The notes under the pieces are model-generated. The model worked only from the letters and a program-made list of their open reading frames with translations. It ran no database searches and was not told where the DNA came from. The position numbers were made by a program, and so were the translations under genes. This document shows positions 42,216-51,351 of a DNA stretch of 64,000 bases, in pieces; position 1 is the first letter of the stretch; each line of letters opens with the position of its first letter. The stretch is from an uncultured virus (IMG/VR IMGVR_UViG_3300033512_000271). Taxonomy: Duplodnaviria > Heunggongvirae > Uroviricota > Caudoviricetes. The stretch lies in IMG/VR virus record IMGVR_UViG_3300033512_000271. One strand, given 5' to 3'.

Positions 42216-42253
42216 ACAGTATCAAATCGGTAGACATATCGGTTCGATACTGT
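42216..42253 (+). terminator. stem-loop after recA
   Basis: ACAGTATC/GATACTGT plus an inner AATCGGT/ATCGGTT stem; no U-tract. Confidence 0.5.
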
Positions 42254-42282
42254 AAACTCATACCATTCAGTTACAGAAAAGT

Positions 42283-42311
42283 TTGACTAGTCCACCTATA
42301 TAAAATATAAT
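42283..42311 (+). promoter_or_regulatory. strong sigma70-type promoter for the HU pair
   Basis: TTGACT-17 bp-TATAAT with an A-rich upstream tract. Confidence 0.8.
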
Positions 42312-42375
42312 CAGCCAGTGTCGTAGAGACAACGGTAAACAGGTTGCCGATTCAACCTAGAGCAGGGGAAATATT

Positions 42376-42828
42376 GTGACTATTGACGAAATCGTCGAGG
42401 AAGAAGGGGACACACAAAACAAAGTGTTCATGGCTGATTTGGTAAAGAGTGTACAGAGAGCTGTGCAAGAGTCCGGGCTGTTTCCAGATGTCAAAATTAC
42501 AAAAAAGATGGCTCTTGAAATCATTGAAGCCCTTGATCCACATTCCTTTATCTTACACACGATCAAAAAACGGAAGGCTGAACATCAACCCACAGAAATT
42601 GACGGCATCAGTTTAACCCTCCCGAAAGTTGGGCGGTACTCATTTGTTAAACGCAAAGAGCCTAAAATGGTCTGGTCTTTTAAAGACAGTAAACGTATTC
42701 CAAACCCAAACTTTGAAGAGAGCGGGAACGCTGGATATCGCCCTGCGTATTCTTGTCTGAAAACCCATCGTTTTGAAGCAACCCGCAAATTACCGCCCCT
42801 CAGCCCACAAGAAGAGGAAGGAGAATAA
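42376..42828 (+). CDS. HU/IHF-like DNA-binding protein 1
   Basis: DLVKSV..ITKKMALEII..LTLPKVGRYSFVKRK. Confidence 0.7.
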   Translation: MTIDEIVEEEGDTQNKVFMADLVKSVQRAVQESGLFPDVKITKKMALEIIEALDPHSFILHTIKKRKAEHQPTEIDGISLTLPKVGRYSFVKRKEPKMVWSFKDSKRIPNPNFEESGNAGYRPAYSCLKTHRFEATRKLPPLSPQEEEGE

Positions 42829-42829
42829 C

Positions 42830-43204
42830 ATGCCGTTTTCTACTACACCTGAAGTTAGAGTCTCACTCCTAGACTACATGGAATACGTCGAAGACGTATT
42901 GGTGCGGATCACTGGTCGCTTCCCAGAGAAAACGTCAGAAAGCGGGTTGCGGAAGATTGCATTTGCTGCACAGCCTGCGGTGCTTGTGCGTGACAAATTT
43001 GTGGAAACATTCGGTGGGGTCGACACGATCTTGATTAAAGGGCTGGGCAGCTTCTCTGTGCACGAAGAGTTCATCCCTAAGCAACATTACGACATCAATA
43101 AAGGACAGGTTGTTCCAACAGTCCTGCGCAAACCTGCATTCAAACTGAACTTTCATCCATCCAAGAAGTCTCGTGTCACACCTGACGGGGATTTCGAGCA
43201 GTAA
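42830..43204 (+). CDS. HU/IHF-like DNA-binding protein 2
   Basis: ILIKGLGSFSV....YDINKGQ...KLNFHPSK; GGAG SD. Confidence 0.7.
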   Translation: MPFSTTPEVRVSLLDYMEYVEDVLVRITGRFPEKTSESGLRKIAFAAQPAVLVRDKFVETFGGVDTILIKGLGSFSVHEEFIPKQHYDINKGQVVPTVLRKPAFKLNFHPSKKSRVTPDGDFEQ

Positions 43205-43238
43205 ATCAATAGCAAATCAACAGTTCTGTTTAACAATC

Positions 43239-43272
43239 AACACCACCACGACAACCATAGTCTGGTGGTGTT
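43239..43272 (+). promoter_or_regulatory. leader hairpin upstream of sbcC
   Basis: 10-bp stem AACACCACCA/TGGTGGTGTT. Confidence 0.6.
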
Positions 43273-43288
43273 TAATTATGGGGGAAAC

Positions 43289-45268
43289 ATGGGAACATTA
43301 AATACAGTTGTTTTGAACTCGATCAAGGAAGCGGTGGCGTATAAAATGTCGACAGACGTAGCACTGGAGCATATTCTCAGTGAGATTGCAAAGGCTAGGA
43401 AAATTGACAGTAGTTTGAGACTGTCCGACGCACCGCTGGAAGGTGTAGCTGAGAACCTTTTTCCCGAAGTGGACCAAGACAGTTTTGGGCTTATAAAATT
43501 TGAACTAACAGGAAGTGTTAAATGCCTGGCGTCACTGGAAATCCCGTTTAACAGCGGCGATGTCGGGTTCAACGGTTTGGTGATTTACGGAGAACCTGGC
43601 ACCGGGAAGACCTCCCTAGTTGATTTGATTAAGCTGTCTATGGTCGGGGGAGCCTCCCCAAAGAAGGTGGTAGTTGACGGTGTTCCGAGAGAGCCGTTCA
43701 AAAAAGTTGTTATGAGAACAACACATGGGGATAGCACTAACACAACACCACTGTACCCCAGTTTCGGCACTGCGTTCATTTCAGAGGATATTGAACTACA
43801 AACCGTGACACGGGAAGCCTTGAAGAAACTAGCCACCGCATCAGCGCACAAGGACTTTTTGGAAATTACCAAAGCACTCACGACGTTAAAGACTGGTTGT
43901 AACAAGATGTTGGCTGGGTTTGAGGTGTCAGAGCAGGTGCGAGCCAGATATGACAAAACTGTAATGGGGATGGTTGGGGTGCATAATGACGATTTCAAGA
44001 GGATGAATGACATCGGATGTGTGGTTAGTAGAAGCATTGATGCATGCTCCAAGGCGATTGGGGAAGCCACTGCGCACACATCTGCTCCAACACTGGGGAG
44101 TTACGGCGTCCTTCTTTCCGCAAAATCAGTTTCAGGACACCCAGATTGGTTGACCAACATCACCAAACACGTCGACAGCATCTTAGAATTCATAATGGGC
44201 GACTCGTTCAGAAGCATTGATTTCAATTATGCGCCTCGTGAAGGGTCTACTACCTATCCGTCATTTAATGTGGCTATCGTCACAAATGATGCTGGAATGG
44301 TTGGGTGGTACTATAATGGATTTAAGGAAGCTGTCTTGACGTTGGGTAACATTCTAAAGTCGATATCCGCCGCCCCATCAGACGCATCTAGCATTGGCGG
44401 CGAGTTGGTGAGTGAGGACGGTGCATTGGTCAAATTGCGCACCATCGATAGTTATTGTGATGTGGTGATGAATCGCATGGCGTGGGGGGAAGACTCTGAG
44501 AAATGTTTTGTGTGTGGACAGCAACTCGAACACGACAGTGTGTCAAGAGTGGACGATATGTTCGCCAGAGCCACGATGTCTAAATCGAAACTGACAAAGA
44601 CAGTTAGTGAGATGGTGTCACTGCTAGAACTCATAGGTGGATTCTTGGATGTAGTGTCGAAGGCGGGGGTGCACGCCATAAAAATGGATGATAGCGTGCG
44701 GCGAGACTGGTCAATGAGAGATGAGGTCTACGACATAACGTTCGGCAGGGATGCAGAATCAGTGACAAAAAGGGCTGACCTGCATGTCATTCTGGCTGTG
44801 TTGGAATCAATCTCCGATGCAATTGGATTAAAGGTGAACGGCGTAGTGTCTTCAATGGTGGACATTGTCAACGAGATACTTCGTGAAGAGTTCTCAGACC
44901 TCCCGTTAGTGAAACGTGGGGTTGTTCTGATAAATTCCATGACGATAGAGGATGTTCCCACATACGGTATCATCATTTGTGACCCTACAGGCAACAGAAT
45001 AGCCTCGTCCCAGATTTCTACAGGAGAGAGCGCAGTGATCAGAGCTCTGCTCCAAATAGCGGCTGTGTCTGTAATCAATGGGAACTCGTTTATATGTGTT
45101 GACGGGTCATTTAATCCTGTACCAGATAACTACGTGGTAAAATTGGTTGATTGCTTGGCGCACAAAATGAAATTCAAAAATATTGTTGTGACAACCAATC
45201 GCTCTTGGGTACAAACAACGCTCAAATATAAATTCAAGACATTCAGTCCAGTCTATTTACCACTTTAG
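43289..45268 (+). CDS. sbcC: SbcC/Rad50 (gp46)-like ABC ATPase
   Basis: GEPGTGKT, zinc hook CFVCGQ, signature ISTGE, Walker B-like ICVDG. Confidence 0.8.
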   Translation: MGTLNTVVLNSIKEAVAYKMSTDVALEHILSEIAKARKIDSSLRLSDAPLEGVAENLFPEVDQDSFGLIKFELTGSVKCLASLEIPFNSGDVGFNGLVIYGEPGTGKTSLVDLIKLSMVGGASPKKVVVDGVPREPFKKVVMRTTHGDSTNTTPLYPSFGTAFISEDIELQTVTREALKKLATASAHKDFLEITKALTTLKTGCNKMLAGFEVSEQVRARYDKTVMGMVGVHNDDFKRMNDIGCVVSRSIDACSKAIGEATAHTSAPTLGSYGVLLSAKSVSGHPDWLTNITKHVDSILEFIMGDSFRSIDFNYAPREGSTTYPSFNVAIVTNDAGMVGWYYNGFKEAVLTLGNILKSISAAPSDASSIGGELVSEDGALVKLRTIDSYCDVVMNRMAWGEDSEKCFVCGQQLEHDSVSRVDDMFARATMSKSKLTKTVSEMVSLLELIGGFLDVVSKAGVHAIKMDDSVRRDWSMRDEVYDITFGRDAESVTKRADLHVILAVLESISDAIGLKVNGVVSSMVDIVNEILREEFSDLPLVKRGVVLINSMTIEDVPTYGIIICDPTGNRIASSQISTGESAVIRALLQIAAVSVINGNSFICVDGSFNPVPDNYVVKLVDCLAHKMKFKNIVVTTNRSWVQTTLKYKFKTFSPVYLPL

Positions 45269-45278
45269 AGAGACTCAC

Positions 45279-46208
45279 ATGAAAGGTCCACTAACGCCTG
45301 ATGAAGCGGAGGAGAGATACCTCAAAGCGTATCTAAAAGTTTCAACCTCTGCAATTGGTAAAGAGTTCGATACCCTAGTCGAACAGTTGTTGGATGATGT
45401 AGCTTCTGTCACCCGCGACCCTACTGACGTCGCCGTAGGTTCTCCGACGTACAGAAAGATATTGTCACAATTTCAAAAATCCATATCTCAATCGTTGGTG
45501 GAGCTTAAAGAAATAGTAATTACTAACATGCAAGCAGTATCAGTCGATACAATAGAAATGTACTCCAAGAGAGGCGTGGCTATCCCATCTATACCAAAGA
45601 AATCTTTGGCTGGAAAGATTGTTGTGGCTGGAGACATGGCTGCAGCGGTTGCGATCACCCAGTATGGGGCTAAGTTAAAACAGGCAGCTTCTACAGCCTT
45701 GACGAGAGGGATAAATGCTGGGAAGTATTCCGTTCTTCAGGACACTATGCGAAAGATGTTGATTCAGGAGGAGCGGAGATGGAAAATGCTACAGGGAAAT
45801 GCAACTTCAGGTACGATGAATTACGTGGAAGGACGGGTAGCTTCAAAAAATCCAAGTATTATGGGGTGGCAAATCCTTCATGCCACATTTGAAAACTCGT
45901 GTATAAGATGTACGGCTTTGAATGGGACAAAGTATAAGGCTGGGACTGGACCGTTTCTTCCGATGCACGGGCATTGTCGATGCTACTACACATATGTCGC
46001 CATCGAGCCTGTTGGGGATAGAAAGTCTCTAGGAAAAGTTTTCAATCTAAAGTCTCCGACTATCAGAAAGATGTTTGGTGTAAAGACCCTGAAACTCCTA
46101 GACTCAGGAAAGGTGTCTATTGCAGATATTTTGCAACCGATACTAAACAGCGATGGAAGAATTGTAGATGTCAATGTCGCAACACTACGGGAGTTGCTAC
46201 AAAAATGA
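45279..46208 (+). CDS. head morphogenesis protein (SPP1 gp7/Mu F family)
   Basis: C-terminal CIRCTALNG...PMHGHCRC. Confidence 0.85.
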   Translation: MKGPLTPDEAEERYLKAYLKVSTSAIGKEFDTLVEQLLDDVASVTRDPTDVAVGSPTYRKILSQFQKSISQSLVELKEIVITNMQAVSVDTIEMYSKRGVAIPSIPKKSLAGKIVVAGDMAAAVAITQYGAKLKQAASTALTRGINAGKYSVLQDTMRKMLIQEERRWKMLQGNATSGTMNYVEGRVASKNPSIMGWQILHATFENSCIRCTALNGTKYKAGTGPFLPMHGHCRCYYTYVAIEPVGDRKSLGKVFNLKSPTIRKMFGVKTLKLLDSGKVSIADILQPILNSDGRIVDVNVATLRELLQK

Positions 46209-46666
46209 GCCAGCGAGGATTTAGATTCGGAAGAATTCGTAAGATGATTACGGATACAAAACTAAGAGCAGCCAGAGCTGCATACGACATGGCATTAAAA
46301 GCTGCACAAGACATAGTGGACAACATGCCAGTCGATACAGGGAGGGCTCAGAGCTCTGTTAGGGTTTCCATTGGACGACCTAAGTATGCTTCTGGTCTCG
46401 ATTTCAGTCGTAAGGTTCATGCAGACAATTTCAAAGCACCAAAAGACGGGAAGTTTAAGGTCTACATCACGGTTGGTGTTGAGTATGCAGGAATGTTGGA
46501 GTATGGGTTGTACTCGAATCCAGGACAACCACATTACAGCAGCAAAAAGATAGGAATAGTATTGAGGCAGGCAGGTTCTGGATGGATGGTGATACGAACA
46601 ACGCCACAGGGGTTTAGCAATAGAGCACCTCGTGGAATCTTAAATTTTTACACGGACAATTTATAG
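46205..46666 (+). CDS. neck/tail-completion protein (HK97 gp10-like)
   Basis: PVDTGRA..S, EYAGMLEYG and GFS.RAP.G. Confidence 0.8.
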   Translation: MSQRGFRFGRIRKMITDTKLRAARAAYDMALKAAQDIVDNMPVDTGRAQSSVRVSIGRPKYASGLDFSRKVHADNFKAPKDGKFKVYITVGVEYAGMLEYGLYSNPGQPHYSSKKIGIVLRQAGSGWMVIRTTPQGFSNRAPRGILNFYTDNL

Positions 46667-47838
46667 TGACCTCAGAAATTGCATTTGAAGCCCCAGCAAA
46701 TTTATTCAACTTAAATGGACCACATAACAAAAATGGTTCAGCCCTCCACCTAGCGTTTTTTGGCAGAGGCTACGATCCAAAGATCATAGTCCCGGTACGA
46801 TTTCCGCAATGGATCGAACTGCGGCAGCAACAATTAGCGAATCATTGGATTCCAGAAGAAGTGCAGATGGATGTGGATAGAGGTGAACTTAGTCGACTGG
46901 ATGAAGAGACATTCAGAGCATACAAGTTGATGCTATCATACTTGAACGCCTCTGACATGGGGGTGCCTGGGTATTTGTGCCAAGTCACATCCACTGTAGT
47001 TACTTCAGGCGAATTGATCATGTTCTTCCTCCGTCAGAATGAAGAGGAGGCTATCCATGTTCAGTCTTACCGTTGGATGTTAGAACACTTCCCGGCATCT
47101 GTGGAAGAGCAGACAGATATGTTGATGCTGGCGAACAGAACCCCGTCGTTCATCAATATGCTGAACTGGAACATCAATCACCTGAGATCGTTAAAGCCGA
47201 TGTTGGATGCATGGTGTTCAGAGGAGTCTGAATCTTCATTCTCATTGGGCATCAAAGAGACCGCAGTCAAAGAGTTGTACACGGCGATGGCATCGTTTCT
47301 GATGTTCGAGTATGTGTTTTTCCCAGCAGGGTTCACGATATTTTTTGCAATCAGATCGTTGGGCGGTAAACTGGCTGGCACAGACGCAATATTTCGCTAC
47401 ATCATGCGAGACGAGTTTATACACGCTAGAAATACAATTGTGTGCATGCAGCAGTTGGTGGAGGAGAATCCAACCATTCTTACAAAGTCGTTCATCAGAG
47501 AAGTTACCAAGACTATCGGCGACGAGGCGTATGCACTTCAGGAGCGTGTGGCTGAAGATTTATTTGAAGGAAGTGTTCTGGGAGGGGCTTTTACGAAGGA
47601 AGAGTATCTTGCACATGTGCATTACTTAATCCTCAAAGCAAAAGCCGATGTGTTGGGCGACAGTGGTAAAGTTATCAAACAATCATCAATCTTGTCTGGG
47701 TGGTTGCGTTCTTACTATACGACTGCGTTAGAAACAAACTTCTTTGAAGTTAAGTCCAATGCGTACACTAACTCAGCAGTAGTTTTTTCCTCAAATAAAC
47801 CAAATCCCCGTAGCCCAAAAATCGGGTTCACTTCATGA
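46666..47838 (+). CDS. nrdB: ribonucleotide reductase class Ia beta subunit
   Basis: W.PEE, SD, EEAIH..SY (radical Tyr), FE...F, RDE.IH and NFFE...Y. Confidence 0.95.
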   Translation: MTSEIAFEAPANLFNLNGPHNKNGSALHLAFFGRGYDPKIIVPVRFPQWIELRQQQLANHWIPEEVQMDVDRGELSRLDEETFRAYKLMLSYLNASDMGVPGYLCQVTSTVVTSGELIMFFLRQNEEEAIHVQSYRWMLEHFPASVEEQTDMLMLANRTPSFINMLNWNINHLRSLKPMLDAWCSEESESSFSLGIKETAVKELYTAMASFLMFEYVFFPAGFTIFFAIRSLGGKLAGTDAIFRYIMRDEFIHARNTIVCMQQLVEENPTILTKSFIREVTKTIGDEAYALQERVAEDLFEGSVLGGAFTKEEYLAHVHYLILKAKADVLGDSGKVIKQSSILSGWLRSYYTTALETNFFEVKSNAYTNSAVVFSSNKPNPRSPKIGFTS

Positions 47839-48359
47839 TAACATCTAGTGCCAAGAACAAGGGGAGAAGACTTCAACTAACAGTGTGTGATTACATCCGT
47901 GAAACATTTCCACACCTGACTGAGAATGATGTTAGGTCTGCTTCTGCTGGACAGACTGGGGTCGACGTTTTGTTATCAGAAGCTGCATTGGAGGTGTTCC
48001 CGTTTGCGGTGGAATGTAAAAATGTTGAAACCGTTACGATCCCTAAATTCTGGAGGCAGGCGACACAGAACTCCTCAAACTACATACCGTTGTTGGTGGT
48101 AAAGAGTAATCGGAAGAGTCCAGTGTGTGTGCTGGGATTTGATGACTTCTGCGCTATTTTTGATATAACTACAGTAGTGTTCCAAGTACGGAAAGCAATA
48201 TCAGATGTTATAATCGAAGATTGTGCACCCAATAACAACTTAACGACAGCAGTGGTCTCCCAAAAATCGCTGCTTGTGATGACTCCAATAAATGGATTTT
48301 TCGAGAGAATACGAAATGTCAATCAACAAGAATTGCAAAAACTGCGGCGGATACTCTAA
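47835..48359 (+). CDS. Holliday junction resolvase (Hjc-like PD-(D/E)xK)
   Basis: SAKNKGRRLQ..G..GVDVLLS..FPFAVECKN..W.QA..N. Confidence 0.85.
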   Translation: MITSSAKNKGRRLQLTVCDYIRETFPHLTENDVRSASAGQTGVDVLLSEAALEVFPFAVECKNVETVTIPKFWRQATQNSSNYIPLLVVKSNRKSPVCVLGFDDFCAIFDITTVVFQVRKAISDVIIEDCAPNNNLTTAVVSQKSLLVMTPINGFFERIRNVNQQELQKLRRIL

Positions 48360-48585
48360 GACATATGGTGAGTGCCGCAGATTCCTTGTGGAGGGTACCA
48401 CTTCACGCCAGGCGCGAGGAAAAGTGCAGGGCGATCATACATGCGACGCATGGGGTCAGTCTCAGGGTAATACTTTTATCACTGGGATCGCTTTGGCATG
48501 CACCTTACGCAGTAACGTTTTATTCACTAAAGTAAAAAACCTAAAAAATTATAGGTTGGCTGATGAACAAGAAATTAGAAAATGA
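48316..48585 (+). CDS. small Cys-rich (zinc-binding) phage protein
   Basis: CKNC..GECRR..TCDAW. Confidence 0.6.
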   Translation: MSINKNCKNCGGYSKTYGECRRFLVEGTTSRQARGKVQGDHTCDAWGQSQGNTFITGIALACTLRSNVLFTKVKNLKNYRLADEQEIRK

Positions 48586-49564
48586 GTGGGGAGTTATACA
48601 GGCAAATCCGTATTATCGGCTGAGTGATGAACACGGGGATATGTTCCTCAACGTGTTGTGCGAAAGTCCGAACTGGTACGAGATAGTTCCGAACTTTTGC
48701 AGATCACATGTCCTGTCCTACTTGGCAAGATTGGAGAGAAAAACCCCAGAGGTTGCTGATGACTACCGTAAGATTAACGTGTACATGTACACGCTATTGC
48801 GGAAGGTTATGGACGCCAACCTTCAACTCTCGCCAGATGGAGAGACTGTGGACGAGAAGGCAATAGTGGCAGTGTGTATGGCTGTTGCATCGAAGATGGG
48901 GGTGAGAACGTTCGGGAGTGCCCTGCCATTTCTCACTGGGACACCAAGCCGATTGACTAGAGTAAATAACGAACACACCGCAGCGTTTATTTCAACACTT
49001 CTCGGTGGAAATAATGTCTATATGTGGTTGGCTGCGTACCTGACATGGCTGCAACGGGAGCGAGTGGTATTTAATCCACACATGGAACAGTTTAGAGAAT
49101 CCGTATTGTCATGTACTGAGATCGTTGGTCTTCCGTATATCTTAAGCAAAGGCATGGGTGTGTCTATGAGAGCTCATGACACGTTGAACCTGTCAGCATT
49201 TTGGTATCACAAGCAATCGAGTGCAGGACCGAACACGCAACTTTCAACTACCCAGAAGAGTCTGTTTGGTATTTTGATGGGAGCGTCTATTGAAGAGTCC
49301 AAACACAGGGTGTATGAATTGAATGGTTTTAAAGATTTTAAAATTGTGGAAGATGTTTACGCCAAGCATGCAACAAGATCATGTCCAGAAGTGGAACACA
49401 AAATTGTAGATGAAAACACAGACAATGAGTACAGCATGGAGATTCTGTTGGGCGACGAGGCTGGTTGTGACGACACTTACAACTTGTTAGACTTCATTAA
49501 TAAGCTGGGCAGCGTAGTTGACAACCCACTGTTCTCCTATAAAATGAAATATCACACAGCATAA
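48563..49564 (+). CDS. hypothetical protein
   Basis: 333-aa ORF. Confidence 0.7.
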   Translation: MNKKLENEWGVIQANPYYRLSDEHGDMFLNVLCESPNWYEIVPNFCRSHVLSYLARLERKTPEVADDYRKINVYMYTLLRKVMDANLQLSPDGETVDEKAIVAVCMAVASKMGVRTFGSALPFLTGTPSRLTRVNNEHTAAFISTLLGGNNVYMWLAAYLTWLQRERVVFNPHMEQFRESVLSCTEIVGLPYILSKGMGVSMRAHDTLNLSAFWYHKQSSAGPNTQLSTTQKSLFGILMGASIEESKHRVYELNGFKDFKIVEDVYAKHATRSCPEVEHKIVDENTDNEYSMEILLGDEAGCDDTYNLLDFINKLGSVVDNPLFSYKMKYHTA

Positions 49565-49604
49565 TGCTAGTTATTAACTGACTATACATGGGCGGGCGCA
49601 GGAT

Positions 49605-50528
49605 ATGGGTGACACAAGACCAACGAAAGTGAAAGCGGGCGTGATTGGGGGCTCTAGCCCACCCCCTTTAGATAAGAAGGAAGGCGGCTCTGATATTGCT
49701 GCTGAAGCTGTAGAAACCAGTGGGGATGTGGAGGTGCAGAAACTGACAGGGGAACGTTATGTGACTGAAAACATAGTTCCTATTGCAATCAGAACGGCTG
49801 TTCGGTTCCTCAACTACATGCACCCAGTATTTACGACCGGTTTTATAACAGATACTGGAGATAATCCTGAGAGATATCCTTTAGAAGAGCCGGCGTGCAA
49901 CCCATTTTTGTTGGCTGAAGTGGCGCAGACCAAGGTAGATTTGGAGCATGCTGAGTATCGCGAGGATGTTAAGGCATTCTTTGTGAATCTTGAGGACGTT
50001 TTTGTAATGTGCGCTTCTCCACTCCACTTCTTCGTTGATGAGGAGGACGAACACCTCTTTGTGGCGCACGTGGATGGTAATGGGGCGTATGGCAGGGCAG
50101 AAGTGACGTCCAAAATAATAAATGAGAAACACAAGGTGTATTCGTTAAAACACGGGCATGGTGACAAGGTGAGATTCGCCACCCCACAAGATGACCTCTC
50201 TTCAGCAAAAGTGCTACCAGGCTCGTTGATGGGGTGTATTGTGTCAATCGGAGTTCGTGGAGCGCAGATAGGGGATAACTATTCATCTCTGGCTTTATTG
50301 AAAGTCAGTAATGTGGTCTCTATCCCTAATACCACGTTGGTGGAGATATCTGGAGTTCTGTTGAAAAAGAGAAAACTGGTCAACAGAATGTGTCGCAGAG
50401 AGTTCGACGGGTCTCCAGATGTGTGTCAGGCAGATGGCGAGTGGGTCACTTTAATTCATGGTTGCGTTAGGAAACAGGTACATCCTCCTCATCAGCATGC
50501 ACAACAGCGGAGAGTTCTTCTTCACTGA
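49605..50528 (+). CDS. hypothetical protein
   Basis: 307-aa ORF; its 3' end overlaps the convergent gene by 62 nt. Confidence 0.65.
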   Translation: MGDTRPTKVKAGVIGGSSPPPLDKKEGGSDIAAEAVETSGDVEVQKLTGERYVTENIVPIAIRTAVRFLNYMHPVFTTGFITDTGDNPERYPLEEPACNPFLLAEVAQTKVDLEHAEYREDVKAFFVNLEDVFVMCASPLHFFVDEEDEHLFVAHVDGNGAYGRAEVTSKIINEKHKVYSLKHGHGDKVRFATPQDDLSSAKVLPGSLMGCIVSIGVRGAQIGDNYSSLALLKVSNVVSIPNTTLVEISGVLLKKRKLVNRMCRREFDGSPDVCQADGEWVTLIHGCVRKQVHPPHQHAQQRRVLLH

Positions 50529-50982
50529 AAATTTGCAGACCATCCAAGAGCAGGTCGAGAGCCTGTTTAGCTTGTTCGTGACTATCCTTTTGACCAATCT
50601 TAACCCGTGTCGATTCTATTCGACATAATGTGTTAGCAAGATCGGTCATCACAGCCACCCTAGAGTCTGGCTTCTCCTCTGTTATGACCAGATGTACTTT
50701 CCCACTTCCGGTGGCTTTTTCATCTACCTGTAAAGCCACCCCGGAAGCATCGTCAATTAGAGTGTATCCACCCCCGGTCTTGGGTTTGGCTTTAGAGTGT
50801 GTGAGTACCATTGTTTCTATTCTTTTAGGTATATTATTCAGACCTTCCTGAACCGCCGCCTCGTGAATGAATTGTCTAAATATTACCTCAGACACAACTT
50901 GTAATGGGGTGCTGGTTTTTAGTAGTTCAGTTATATCATCTGAGTCTCCTCCAATTTTTAAATATGAGGGTAACATTGACAT
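50467..50982 (-). CDS. hypothetical protein, candidate terminase small subunit
   Basis: AAGGA SD before ATG 50982; same strand as and close to terL; size fits. Function is inferred from context. Confidence 0.55.
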   Translation of the reverse strand: MSMLPSYLKIGGDSDDITELLKTSTPLQVVSEVIFRQFIHEAAVQEGLNNIPKRIETMVLTHSKAKPKTGGGYTLIDDASGVALQVDEKATGSGKVHLVITEEKPDSRVAVMTDLANTLCRIESTRVKIGQKDSHEQAKQALDLLLDGLQIFSEEELSAVVHADEEDVPVS

Positions 50983-50994
50983 GGTGGCTTCCTT

Positions 50995-51351
50995 ATGAAT
51001 TCTTTTTTTGTTGAAGTGAATGATGCACACATTGGCTCAATTGAAGTTCGCACACATCGTCAGATGTCACAGACTGCACTGGAGACTGTTGTAAGAGAAA
51101 TGCTCAGTTTCTATAATAACTTTCATCCCGATGACGACCTAAAAGTCGTGCCGCCTTTTCGCAGAAAAAAAGGCAGTACAAATGCTTACGTTTTTGACAA
51201 ACCATTTGGCAACTTATATGCCGCAGCAATGGCGTTAAAAGGAATCGTAGGTGCGTGGGAACACAGACCGATCTCACTCACATCTATTCCAGAACAAGAA
51301 GTCATGAATATTTTATCAGACAAGGAATGTTGTGAAATTATTATCTCCTGA
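50995..51351 (+). CDS. hypothetical protein
   Basis: 118-aa ORF between the two minus-strand genes; no SD visible. Confidence 0.5.
   Translation: MNSFFVEVNDAHIGSIEVRTHRQMSQTALETVVREMLSFYNNFHPDDDLKVVPPFRRKKGSTNAYVFDKPFGNLYAAAMALKGIVGAWEHRPISLTSIPEQEVMNILSDKECCEIIIS

Noticed and set aside
3346..42365. CTAGAG recurring before several starts (about 3348, 24773, 31613, 42357)
   Set aside because: Short, few copies and overlapping SD-like purine tracts; cannot be distinguished from chance without counting.
46666..47838. Non-canonical (class Ic/Ie) RNR beta subunit
   Set aside because: The metal ligands and the radical tyrosine appear present, consistent with ordinary class Ia.
48860..48900. Cyclin-box-like AVCMAVASKM
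   Set aside because: A single short match with no other support.
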